A DNA stretch of 64,000 bases from Guillardia theta CCMP2712 (GCF_000315625.1 NW_005434603.1:124001-188000), one strand, 5' to 3'. Counted from the first letter of the stretch, positions 1-10,840 are shown. Translations and numbers: made by a program. Notes: a model not told the origin generated them from the letters alone.

Positions 1-114
1 TCTTGATGAAAAGTACGCTGATGAAGGGCACCCATCAACTGGATATGACAGCTTGTCAGCCAAGGGGCTCGCCGAACTTGCGAGCTCGGATGAAAACGCG
101 AGAGAGTTGCTCAT
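1..114 (+). repeat. Diverged direct repeat, copy 1 (partner at 5705-5817); may extend left of the window
   Basis: AAGTACGCTGATGAAGGGCA...GATATGACAGCTTGTCAGCCAAGGGGCTCGCCGAACTTGCGAGCTCGGATGAAAAC.CGAGAGAGTTGCTCAT occurs at both sites with a few indels and substitutions. Confidence 0.9.
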
Positions 115-1823
115 CCTGCTTCATCGGATGAAACTCGATGAGACAATCTCACATGCCGCACAGGGTCTGATCCTTCTTTACACGGAGTCTGTGCTGAGGA
201 TCACGGTGAAGTCATGACTGACGATGGTACTGCTGGTCTATATGGAGAGATCCAGCGGCCCGAGAGCGTCGGGCAAGCGCGGCATGTGCACGGGCGGGAT
301 AAGACGATGCTGTATGCGAGGATGGGCTGAGGTGCTGCAGGTGGGGGGAGGAGTGGTGGGACGAGGGCGCAAGGACGTGGAGGATGAAGTGCAAGGAGTG
401 CGGGCAGGTCAAGAACTTCGATAAGCTCTGAGAGGCGGGGAGACGGGTCATGATTTGTGTTTACATGTATGTCCATGAGACGCCTGTATGCCATTGAGAT
501 GAGGAGGGGAAACTCCTCCGAGCCGCAGAACAAGGGCGAGCTCGCTTGCGATGTTATCTTTACAACTCTAAGCTTGTCTTGACAAGAGACCGCTCTCACT
601 CGTAGTCTCGTCTTACTACACGTGTTTGATCATCTCGTCAGCGTACCTCGCCGCTTCCAAGCATCCTCGTGCAGGAACGCGTGATTCCTCTCCTCTTCCA
701 TCCTCACCGACTGAGCCTAGAGAGAGCGAGAGTGAGGTCAAGGCGGGGGGAGGGAGCAGCAGGTGGTAAGCAGTGCAACGGGAAGGAGAGAAAGGAGAAG
801 AAGCGGGGGCATGCAAGGGCAAGAGAAAAGCAGCAAGCGATCCAAGGAAGCAGGGAAAGATCAAAGCTCCCCCTCTTGCCCAGCAAGAAACCAGGTCGCC
901 TCCTCCTTTCTCCAGTCACTGCTGACGTGTGCCAAGGGCAGAGCCGGTGACTCAAAGCAAGCTCAGCAAAGTCGAGCTCGAAGCAAGATGCAAGGCTCAA
1001 GGGGAGGTCAAGAGGGGGAACAAAGCAAGGAGGAGCTCTTCTTCTTCAACCGATTGAGGTCGTTCAGCTGCCTGGTCACCACGGAGATCTGCCGGGAGTC
1101 GAGTTGAGAGACTCAGCGCAAGATATGGAGCTACCTGTCCAGACGTTGATCGTATCCTTGTATCGATCACAACAATACTTGTCTTTTTCCATCGCCTCTA
1201 GTGTACTGCTGTCATGCCTGCTACTGCTTCTGTCTTGTTGCTCTACCTGTTTGCTGCGATGCTACACACCAGTTGATTCATGAACTCGTCACAGAGGAAT
1301 ACTTGATGCGAATGCTCGAGATCCTACAGGAAAAGAAGAGGAGCCAGGAGCTCGCCGAAAACCTTCACCTCCCTTCTCCACTCCGACGGACCGGGCAAGA
1401 TTCCAACGAGGAGCAGGTGGAGATGAATGAGCAGTTTTCTATTGCTTTGCACGCACCTCCACAAGGTGTTGAGCATGAACTGCGAATGACGCATCGCCCG
1501 CTCTGCTGTGTTCCCGCCCACCTGACGCTGAGCTCCGACCAACCGCTCGCAAGTCTCTACAGCACGAAAGACACGCTGCTTGCACTGAGGCACCCTCCCC
1601 TCGTTGGCCTCGACCTGCCGTGCAAAGCAAACTCTCATCAAACAAGAGCGTTCTAGGATGAGAACGAGAACCAGCAACTGAGATGAAACGTGAAGAAGCG
1701 GGAGAGGAGGGAAACAAGGAGGAAGAAGAGGATACGTCAAGGGCAAGGAGGCACTCAGCGGCGGCAGCAGCCGAGGAGGAGGAGGAGGAGGAGGAGGAGG
1801 AGGAGGAGTGCAGCTCTATGTAA
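115..1823 (+). other. Possible degraded multi-exon hypothetical gene (charged/coiled-coil, poly-Glu end)
   Basis: Coding-like pieces (ORF 1201-1656 ..EEYLMRMLEILQEKKRSQELAE..; GAG run 1773-1808). No coherent model and no recognisable domain. Confidence 0.2.
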
Positions 1824-1829
1824 GAAACC

Positions 1830-3036
1830 ATACCGATGCGATCCTGATCGACATGGAGATGTATGACTTGACATTCTCCACTCCATGTCTTCCACTGCCC
1901 TCGACAAGCCTTGCCTGTCAGTCATGAAAATGTCAAGCCAACGATATCGGTCTGGTACCAGACCATTCTCCGGACTCCTGCTCTTGCCCTGCTCGCCAAG
2001 CAGCGTCTGAGCCGCTGCTGTTGTGCTCGGCCTCTTGCTCTCGCCGTGATAGTCCAGGGTACCGACTGGCCTCGAGCACCCTCCGGGCGCGGAGAAGGGC
2101 GTATGAAGCAACCTTTCGCTACTTTGGGGTTGCAGATCTCGGTCACCTCCGACACGTTGTTCTCCTCCGACACTGCTAGCTCGCCATCGTGAGTTTCTCT
2201 GATCCACTCGTCCTCGGACCTGGCCCTCGTCTCCCACGCCTTGTACTCTGCTTCAATCCTCCGCACGCCAAACCACCTCCTTACCCTCCTGCCCTTAAGT
2301 TAGCTAAAGCCACGTCTGCTATACCTACTGAAGCATATCCGATCAGGTCGTTCCTGCTCAGTCATATCTTCGTCCTCTAGCACTACGACGATGGTCTGGA
2401 ATGGGCTCTCGAGCTCGAAAGGACCGAACTTCGGAACTTGGCATCCCGTCGAGGGAACCTGTTCCTGTTCCTGTAGATCGTTTTCATCTTTCCCATCAGC
2501 GCGTCATTCAGCTTGATCCTGCAGAAGCAGTCGCACAGCCCGTTGGGGTCCATTGCTGGCAGGTAACGAGCCGACACTATGTTGATGTCGAGCTCCCGTT
2601 CCACCGTCCTCTTCTTGCGCCTCTTGGCCACCATGATGGGCTAGGGAGTCCGATACTCTGAGCTTTGCTCCTCTCACTCGACCTGTGGTCACCTCGATTG
2701 AGTTTCGCTTCATCCCTCCGGCATCAGTGAAGTTTGTCTAAAACACTGACGCGTTCGTTGACTGCTCTACACACGCCGCCGGACTCAACATGAGCTGGGA
2801 TAGTCATATGAAATGTACATACCTAACCTTCTCGTCGGCCTCACCTGCTTATCTTTCCAAGTTCTCCTCTGTTTGTACCACTCTTTTGGAATCAGGCCCC
2901 TTTGACTCCCCGAGTCTGAGTGATCTGTTGACATGTATGATAGGCATGAAAGTCGGCTTTTATGATAGGCATGAAAGAAGTAAGATGAGAGGCTAACTAG
3001 TAAGATGAAGATGCGAAAAAATAATCTAAAACCCAT
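1830..3036 (-). pseudogene. Frameshifted C2-domain gene, possibly with a signal-anchor first exon
   Basis: The C2 signature LDINIVSARYLPAMDPNGLCDCFCRIKL..KMKTIYRNRN continues as KFGPFELESPFQTIVVVLEDEDM and then SRNDLIGYASVGIADV only after frame changes near 2430 and 2360. A hydrophobic exon at 3036-2845 (MGFRLFFRIFILLVSL) ends at a GTGAG donor. Confidence 0.6.
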
Positions 3037-3219
3037 ATCTGATCATCGATGATGTCGAAAAGTAACTTAGACGCCGTGCTGACCAGTCAACTTGAAGCCA
3101 GAGATACTCGAGACATAAAAAGCCATGCTAATTGCTATAAAGCCCCAAAGAGTCTTCTGCACCTGTGAAATGCTCGTCACAACCTGCGATCCTTTGTAAC
3201 ATGATCGTATCAAACATCC

Positions 3220-4627
3220 CTACTGGGCTGACAAATACCTCGTCAAACCTGCTATTGTTGCTCTCCTGAGCCTGCGATCGTTGTCACAACCAGCGAGAAA
3301 GGAAACACTGACGATTCGGTTCGAAAATACCTTGCCAAACCTCTCCTCCACCTTGCCAAGCCTCTCCTCCACCTTGCCAAACCTCTCCTCCACCTTGCCA
3401 AACCTCTCCTCTACCTTGCCAAGCCTCTCCTCTACCTTGCCCTCCAGATGCGAAAGGCTCGTCTGGACCTGCAAGCCCGACACCCTTCGTCACCGTATGT
3501 GATCAAACCGTCCTCTGAGAGTCTTGGTACAAGCGCTCATCACCTGGTCCAACGAGGTGAAGACATTTCTGCATGGGGTGTAGATGAGAAAGATCGGTAC
3601 TCCTGATTTCCCAATGAGCATCACTTCTTTATCCTCTCTCCATCTGCTCAATTGCAATCATCAGAGCAGCCTCCCTACACTGCGGCGACCGCCTCACTTA
3701 CCTTGCCAATATATTTACCGAGTTCCTCTTGAAGATTTCTTTGTTCCCGTTGACAAACACTCCCATTGCCTTGATCACGACGTTGGTCTTGTGAATCCGA
3801 TTCCGAAGGGCATATGCTCGATCCAGCTGATACATCTTTTCAAGTATACAGCTCGGGCTTTCAGTTATCTCGAAGTGGAAACACTCCCCTCGCTCAAGAC
3901 GTATGTCGCTTAGGCATTCGGCGGCGGATGTCGTAGCCAGACCATCTTCATTGCTGAGGCAGACGATGCTCTCACTGTCATTCAAGTCCACGACACGATT
4001 GAAGATGCTGTCCAGATGAACCGGCCCATCCCGTACTTTCACGCACAGGTCTAACTCAAAGCAGTGGCCCTTGCTGTATTTCTTCGTATTTGGATCGATA
4101 CCACTGAGAGCATGGACCGAGAACCTCTTGCACAGGTTTGTCCTGTACTCCGTGCTGTTCACCTGTTGCAGGGCCGCCAGGTCGTTGGAGTCTCTCACGA
4201 AGAACTTCCTGCATATCGTCGCCGGGACATGAGCGAGTTGCGAGTAAAGCTGAGAAGCGAAGTAGTCCCGCGCAGAGACGAGGTTGAGCTGAACCTCCTC
4301 CCAGTGCGGCAGCTCGTGAGGCTCCTCAAGCTGTCTTGCGCTGGTCAAGCATGGCTCCGAGTTGCTCAAGCTGGAGGTATGAGAGTCTGCACTGCTGAAG
4401 GAGCTGGAGGTATGAATCATGGCTGCTGGAGGAGTCTTGACTGCTACAGGAGCTGGGAGTATGAGAGTCTTGGCGGCTACAGGAGCTGGGAGTATGAGAG
4501 TCTTGGCGGCTACAGGAGCTGGGAGTATGAGAGTCTTGGCGGCTACAGGAGCTGGGAGAATGAGAGTCTTGGCGGCTACAGGAAATGGGACTATGAACGT
4601 CTTGGCGGCTACAGGAGCTGGTGGCAT
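3220..4627 (-). CDS. Spliced putative restriction-endonuclease-like (PD-(D/E)XK fold) protein with N-terminal Pro/Ala repeats and C-terminal heptad coiled coil
   Basis: ORF 3698-4969 (likely start 4627 or 4726) carries FELDLCV...FHFEITES..LEKMYQLDRA. It splices in frame via GT-AG introns to WREDKEVMLIGKSGVPIFLIYTPCRNVFTSLDQ and then to (KVEER[LF]G)x5. Confidence 0.55.
3330..3441. repeat. 21-bp coding tandem repeat, about 5 units (KVEER[L/F]G)
   Basis: Unit CCTTGCCAA[AG]CCTCTCCTC[CT]A. Confidence 0.9.
4443..4620. repeat. 33-bp tandem repeat, about 5 units (PAPVAAKTLIL on the minus strand)
   Basis: Unit GCTACAGGAGCTGGGAGTATGAGAGTCTTGGCG. Confidence 0.9.
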
Positions 4628-4899
4628 GTTCGGATCTCGTCGAGCAGGGCATGATGATCTCGTCAAGATCTTCAGACAAGCTCTCGATAGCAGCTGACCT
4701 CCTCGCAGAGAGCCATGCTGCAGCATACTGCCGCCGCCGGCGCGCTGTCGGTGCCACAAACTTTGGAGTCTGGGCGCGAAATTGAGGAAGGGGGAACTTG
4801 ATCCCACCCTACCCCCTCTAGTGTGTTGAAATCCTACCACAGGTGTGATGTTGTAGAGGGGGTGGGGGTGGGAGGTCGGTTTCATCGCCCCAACCTCAG

Positions 4900-5545
4900 G
4901 TTGTACACGCGACATTTGTGTGGAAGCTGGTATCGTCACGAAGCTCCATAAACAGGGACTGCGACACACCCGGACCCTTGTTCCTCAGCATGGCCCCACC
5001 AACCGACACATGGGCGACCTTTGGCTCCCTGGCCTCTCCACCCACACCTGGAATGGGCTCAGTGGTTCTGGACTTCACGATGACTCATCCCTACAACAGC
5101 AGCGGCAGCCCCGTCGGACTTTCTGCGCTCTCCGGCCCCGCCCAACAGAAGATTTCCGATCATCGCGCAAGTTATGGTACCCATCACCCGCCGAAGGCCT
5201 TTCTTCCCTTCACTGCAGGTACGGATGGTCTTCTTCATGCTGACGCTTTGCGGTTTCTCTGGTACCTGGCGGATCATGCGTGCTCGCCTGTTTCGGCAGT
5301 ATCGCTCTCGTATGGGTCTTGCCGTCCTCCTCGCAGGGGCCTTGCGCTACTGCTCTTTGTCCTGATCCTTGTTCCCCTGCTTGTCCAGCTGCTTGTCGTG
5401 CATGCCGTCGCTTGCGTGGTTGGAGTAGCGGTTTTCGCTGCCTCCTTCGTTTCCTAGTATTTTTATTGAGGCGGGTTTGTAGGCTTTATCCTCCCTCCTT
5501 TGTTTGCTCCGGTTTGCCCTTCTTTTTCAGTCAATAAAATAAAAC
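4900..5545 (+). mobile_element. 3' remnant of an early-branching non-LTR retrotransposon (restriction-like endonuclease domain, CRE/R2-type), 5'-truncated and frameshifted
   Basis: RHMGDLWLPGL (one frame), then SVVLDFTMTHP...AQQKISDHRASY...AFLPFTAGTDGLLHADALRFLWYLA (another frame), match the RLE pattern D..D.T..HP..K..Y..F.PF...T.G. Ends in AATAAAATAAAA at 5533-5544. Confidence 0.7.
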
Positions 5546-5704
5546 GATGTACATCAGGCTCTCTGTCTATTCCCAGTCTTCCAGCGCATGCCCTGTTGGA
5601 CCGTGATGAGCTCGGTCTGGCAGCCCAGCCGCCTGCCAGTGTTGTCCGATTGAGCTGTACCGTCCTCGAGTCACGCCAGTGTCCATCACATAGCTAAGTT
5701 TCAA

Positions 5705-5817
5705 TCTTGAAAGTACGCTGATGAAGGGCATCCCTGATCAACTTGATATGACAGCTTGTCAGCCAAGGGGCTCGCCGAACTTGCGAGCTCGGATGAAAAC
5801 ACGAGAGAGTTGCTCAT
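5705..5817 (+). repeat. Diverged direct repeat, copy 2 (partner at 1-114)
   Basis: Direct comparison with the window start. Confidence 0.9.
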
Positions 5818-6139
5818 GCTGCTTCCACAGTGATCGGTCATGGCCTGTGGCAATGCTAGTCGTACTTCAGCATCAAGGCCACACAGTACCTTATGCTGCA
5901 CATCAAAGCATTTTCCTAGGAACAATTCATTGCTCTGGAGGGATTAGAGTGGCTGATGCGAATGATCACATGCACGCTCAGTAGAATCGTCTGAATGACC
6001 TGTCAGCACAACCATCATCAAAATGTAGGATACAACGTTTTGCAAACCAAGAATACGAAAGTTCAGACTTTATTTACAGCGCGTGTGTGCAATTGCTCTA
6101 TTTTACATGCATGCATGGCCTTTCTGTCTTGTCCCTGTA

Positions 6140-6457
6140 TCATAACTGCATCCGCGCCCCCGTCGCGCTGATGATCACTGGCCTCTCCGACGAGCTCAGA
6201 AGCCTGATACAGTGCTCCAACGCCTCAAGCTGCTTCCGCTTGCTTGGCATGCTCCCTAGCACATGGCCCCGTCGCTCCTCCTCGGTCTCCGCAAGGTCGA
6301 GCTCCTTGCTCCGCCGACTGGATGACACGGGAGAGAGCGGCGACGCGAGGCTCTCGTCGGAGCTGAGGTCGCTGAGGTCGTCCTCGAGGAGGAGGGTATC
6401 GAAGTCAGCCTGGAGGGTGTCGATGTCGTTGAGGCTTTGGGAGGAAAGCATTCTCAT
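6140..6457 (-). CDS. Small acidic protein family (KQLxALxHCI motif), copy A, 105 aa
   Basis: Intronless MRMLSSQSLNDID...KRKQLEALEHCIRLLSSSERPVIISATGARMQL with CCACCATG start context; five paralogs in the window. Confidence 0.8.
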   Translation of the reverse strand: MRMLSSQSLNDIDTLQADFDTLLLEDDLSDLSSDESLASPLSPVSSSRRSKELDLAETEEERRGHVLGSMPSKRKQLEALEHCIRLLSSSERPVIISATGARMQL

Positions 6458-6604
6458 GGTGGAGGGAAAGTGGAGGATGTGGAGTGGGAGGTGGTTGGGT
6501 GTTGTGGTTACAGTGATGTTGCTGAGTGCAAGTCGAGAGTGCGAAGGAACGTGTGGAAGAGGGAAGGAAATGTCGAAATGAAAGGAGAGAACAGGGGCGA
6601 GTAA

Positions 6605-6958
6605 GTCAGCAGTGGTGTAGTAAATGGAGCCTGTAAGGCACTTGCTGACAAAGTAGAAGCTTGCATGAAACGAAAGTATGACGTTTCGTTGCATGCCAAA
6701 ATTTTCTGTAAGACTGAATGAAATATCTTAACCGGGATGCTGTCAGCTGGTCATGGCAATGAACTCATTGGAAGGCTGACAAAGGGTGTGCCAAGCCGGC
6801 CTCGGTGGCAACATAGAACGTACCGCCTCTTCGCACTGCGAGGCGTCAGAAATCCTTGTGACAATAAATCCACTATGTCAGCGGTGCCGTGCCTGTCATG
6901 CGGCCAAAAAATTACGTCGATATGTGAGCGACCTCTCTTTACTACACTGCTGCTGACA
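6605..6958. promoter_or_regulatory. Bidirectional spacer between copies A and B with clustered GCTGACA/TGTCAGC sites
   Basis: GCTGACA at 6644, 6775, 6952; TGTCAGC at 6741, 6876; GTCAGC at 6605. Confidence 0.4.
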
Positions 6959-7062
6959 CTACCTTCCCCTCTGCGCCTTCTCCGTTTACACCCACCACAA
7001 CAGGAAAGACCAGAGCAACAAGCAACCACCTCCCACTCCACATCCTCCACTTTCCCTCCACC

Positions 7063-7380
7063 ATGAGAATGCTTTCCTCCCAAAGCCTCAACGACATCGA
7101 CACCCTCCAGGCTGACTTCGATACCCTCCTCCTCGAGGACGACCTCAGCGACCTCAGCTCCGACGAGAGCCTCGCGTCGCCGCTCTCTCCCGTGTCATCC
7201 AGTCGGCGGAGCAAGGAGCTCGACCTTGCGGAGACCGAGGAGGAGCGACGGGGCCATGTGCTAGGGAGCATGCCAAGCAAGCGGAAGCAGCTTGAGGCGT
7301 TGGAGCACTGTATCAGGCTTCTGAGCTCGTCGGAGAGGCCAGTGATCATCAGCGCGACGGGGGCGCGGATACAGATTTAA
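7063..7380 (+). CDS. Small acidic protein family, copy B, 105 aa
   Basis: Inverted near-identical copy of A; differs only in the last codons (IQI vs MQL). Confidence 0.8.
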   Translation: MRMLSSQSLNDIDTLQADFDTLLLEDDLSDLSSDESLASPLSPVSSSRRSKELDLAETEEERRGHVLGSMPSKRKQLEALEHCIRLLSSSERPVIISATGARIQI

Positions 7381-7797
7381 CATGAGAAAGGGGACGATGA
7401 ACGATGTGCAAGCATATTCTACATGATATAACCACAAGTAATGTAGCAGTAAACCCTTTTTGGCATTTGAAATTGTCTCATCATTCATTTTTTTCGTCTC
7501 TGATCAAATTTACAAATTACTTTGCGAACATTGATAAATTGACGTTACTGACTGTGTCCTCAATCAATAAGGAATATGGACAATGAGAGAACCAGTAAGT
7601 TTGCAATTCTGAGGAAAAGCCAGTATCAAAGCTAGTGGCTGAGATACCGAGCTTCGGCTCTGTCAAGCGTTCAGTCTGACCAGTGTTTCTCTGCATACAT
7701 TTTCCCATCAACATGAATTCATCATTTAATGCAAAATTATTATTGCTGAGGTTTGCTCGTTACAGTCTCTAGTAATTGTATACCTACATCTCAAAAA

Positions 7798-8115
7798 TCA
7801 TAACTGCATCCGCGCCCCCGTCGCGCTGATGATCACTGGCCTCTCCGACGAGCTCAGAAGCCTGATACAGTGCTCCAACGCCTCAAGCTGCTTCCGCTTG
7901 CTTGGCATGCTCCCTAGCACATGGCCCCGTCGCTCCTCCTCGGTCTCCGCAAGGTCGAGCTCCTTGCTCCGCCGACTGGATGACACGGGAGAGAGCGGCG
8001 ACGCGAGGCTCTCGTCGGAGCTGAGGTCGCTGAGGTCGTCCTCGAGGAGGAGGGTATCGAAGTCAGCCTGGAGGGTGTCGATGTCGTGGAGGCTTTGGGA
8101 GGAAAGCATTCTCAT
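7798..8115 (-). CDS. Small acidic protein family, copy C, 105 aa
   Basis: Identical to A except N10H; 5' leader carries a short insertion relative to A. Confidence 0.8.
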   Translation of the reverse strand: MRMLSSQSLHDIDTLQADFDTLLLEDDLSDLSSDESLASPLSPVSSSRRSKELDLAETEEERRGHVLGSMPSKRKQLEALEHCIRLLSSSERPVIISATGARMQL

Positions 8116-8758
8116 GGTGGAGGGAAAGTGGAGGATGCGAAGTGGGAGGAGGTTGTGGAGTGGGAGGTGGTTGGGTATGGCAGCCGCAGAGCAAGGTGGT
8201 GATATACGAAGGCGGGCGCGGTCGTGTAGTAACATCTTAAAAGCTGCTTGGATGCCAAAAGAAGAGATTTCGATGCATGCCGCCATCGGTCATTGCTGAC
8301 GGATATTTCTCTCGGATAAAGAAGTCGCAGGACATGACTCGTTCCTAGATACCCCTTTGGGGCCGCGTGTAAGGAAACAATACGTTATGGTTTTGTAACG
8401 GATGTTTCCAAATTGGTCCAGAAATTGGGGTTTAAAATTTATTTAAAATGAAGGCTGCCTTACAGGAAAGATATTCAATAGCACGTCGCTTCGCACAAAA
8501 ACTGTCAGCGGGAAAGTTACTACAGGATGATGACTCTTCTGCCCCCTACATAGCAACAGCAGCCCTATCCTGCTCGCAACTAGGCAGCCCTTCCTTTTAG
8601 ACCAACAGCTACATCGTCACTGTGCTCTAGCTTTCTTCCATCTTTCTTGTTGAATCCATTCTATCCCTCTCCTCCTCGTCTTTTCTTCATCAGAAACTAC
8701 CATAACACACTTCCTCCGAGAAGACTGATCCCTCGGACATTCGCTCTCAAAAGTCAAC

Positions 8759-9097
8759 ATGATATCACTGAATCAAGACAGGCACAACTTTGTGGTTGTT
8801 CAACACGACTTCAGCAGTCTCCTCCTGAACTCAGCTGAGGACATTGAATTGGGTCATGACTCAAGCTCAGAGGGAGAGGACTTCACGCTTGGCTATGGAA
8901 TCCTCCCGGCTCCTGAAACGCCTCCGCGGGGAAAGCTGATCGAAGAAGGAGATCTTCATCAAACCCACCACATAGTCGGCTGGTTTGGTCCAAGCAAACA
9001 GAAACAACTTGAAGCTTTGCGGCATTGCATAGACATGCTCAGCAGACGGGAGAGACCTGTGATCACCTCGGCTACCGGCCGCCCCATGCAGTTGTGA
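8759..9097 (+). CDS. Small acidic protein family, diverged copy D, 112 aa
   Basis: ..PSKQKQLEALRHCIDMLSRRERPVITSATGRPMQL; N-terminal DFSSLLL matches DFDTLLL of A-C. Confidence 0.75.
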   Translation: MISLNQDRHNFVVVQHDFSSLLLNSAEDIELGHDSSSEGEDFTLGYGILPAPETPPRGKLIEEGDLHQTHHIVGWFGPSKQKQLEALRHCIDMLSRRERPVITSATGRPMQL

Positions 9098-9800
9098 CAT
9101 ATTAGTGTAGAATCCAACGTGAACTCAATAGTGTAAATAAAAATCCTAATATGTCTACATTTGTTTATTAAGTCTGCTGTGCAATTTAGCAATGAAGCAT
9201 TGAATCATACGTACCAACTCAAAATTCTCCTTGTGCATAGCTTGTTCAGTCCTGTCCCGGAATGTCTCACAGCTCCGATCACCTTGACGGTTTGCTTGAT
9301 GAGCCTTCAGAGATCGGCGGCTGAGCAAACGTGTCCTTCAGGAGCATCGCATTTCGTCGTCATCTTTGACTACCTGAGCAACTGCTCTCCTGCGATCATG
9401 CGGCAAGCGGAGGCGTCGTGCTTCAAGACCAAAAAAGGGGCGGGCTCGGATTAAACCTCCCGAGGCGGACCTGATAGGGAGCGCGACGAAATGCTGGCGC
9501 AGGGAGGAAAGAGGGGAAGGGGAGAGGAAGGGGAAGGGACAGGGAGGTGGGAAGGAGGAAGATGTTTTGATGAGGAAGGGACAAAAGACGTGACAGTACA
9601 AGGATGAGAGGATGAGCCCGACATTGATGCAGCTGCGCTGCACGATGGAGGGCCGCCGGGTTGGAGGGGAAGGGCAGGGGCGAGGAGAGGAGCTCGAATG
9701 AGGAAGGAGCTTGGAACCCTGTCCTGGAGTGTATCGCTGCTGTTGAGTTGCTAGAAGTGATGCATGGGGCTTGTCTGACGCTTCCTCGCAGCAGGGCTTC

Positions 9801-10840
9801 ATGTCGCTTCCAGTAGGGGGTGCGGGGGTCGGCAACACCCTAAGGGACTCCTTTGCTCAGAGCGCGCAGCAACGAGCAGCTGCAGCCGCCGCGTCCGGTG
9901 CAACAGGCAATGTACCAGGAGGGGCTGGTGCTCCTCGTGCGGGCATGCCGAACCCTCAGCAGCAGAGCGCGGCGGGCAACCCGAACGTTGTGCAAGAGAG
10001 TGGGGTCCTGACCAAGAAGAGGATAGCCGAGCTCGTGAACCAGATCGCGCCGGGTGAGAAGATCGACCCGGAGGTTGAGGAGGTGAGAGGAGGCTGCAGG
10101 TGGCTGCGGGAGCTCTCCCCCTGACGCTCTCCGTCTGCCCCGTGCTGCAGGTCTTGTTGGAGATCGCGGAGGACTTTGTTGACAACGTCACTAATTTCTC
10201 CTGCCTGCTGGCGAAGCACAGGAAGTCGTCGACGCTCGAGGTCAGACTCGTCCTGTAGTTCCCTCCTGACCCGGCCTGCTGCTCCCACAGGCTCAAGACA
10301 TCAAACTTCACCTGGAGAAGAATTGGGGCATGCAGGTAGCGACCTGCGGGTCGGGGAGGAGCGAGAGCTGACGTGACGCAGGTGCCTTTCTACACGTCCC
10401 CCGACGACAGAGCGAAGAAGACCAACCTAGGTACGCGCTGGGGGGGAGGAGGCGGCGACGGGCGGCGGTTGTAAGGCAGGCGGAAGAGTGGAGGAGGGGG
10501 CGGGAAGGATATAGTTGTGGGCGGGAGAGGAGGGAACCGAGGAAAGAGAGGGAGAGGCAGGTCAAGTGACAATCACATAGGCGATGGTCAGAAGAAACCG
10601 GTCGGTAGACCCCCAGGCTCAGCAACCAGTGCGGCTGGCGAAGGAGGAGGGACTGGCGCGGCGTCAGGAATGTCCGCGAGTCAACAGGGAGGAGGGGGAG
10701 GGAACATGTACTCCAGCACAAGTATGCCTGGACAGGCGGGAGGGGGGAACCAGTATGGGGGGGCAGGAGGAACGGGAGGAGCGGGTGGTGCCGGAGGAGC
10801 GATGGGAGGAGGAGTCAATCGCCCGGGACAGTACTATTAG
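9801..10840 (+). CDS. TAF12: TFIID subunit TAF12 (histone fold), multi-exon
   Basis: Spliced LTKKRIAELVNQIAPGEKIDPEVEE|VLLEIAEDFVDNVTNFSCLLAKHRKSSTLE|AQDIKLHLEKNWGMQ|VP with introns 10083-10150, 10241-10290 and 10336-10381. 5' end uncertain. Confidence 0.9.

Noticed and set aside
3330-4620. Tandem 21-bp and 33-bp repeats as a possible CRISPR array
   Set aside because: No unique spacers; unit lengths are multiples of 3 and encode peptide repeats in a spliced gene
6087-8299. Antisense ORFs MITGLSDELRSLIQCSNASS.. in three copies
   Set aside because: Shadows of the microprotein genes; conservation in diverged copies D-F follows the other strand
9150-9700. Possible small gene between copy D and TAF12
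   Set aside because: No consistent spliced frame or recognisable motif
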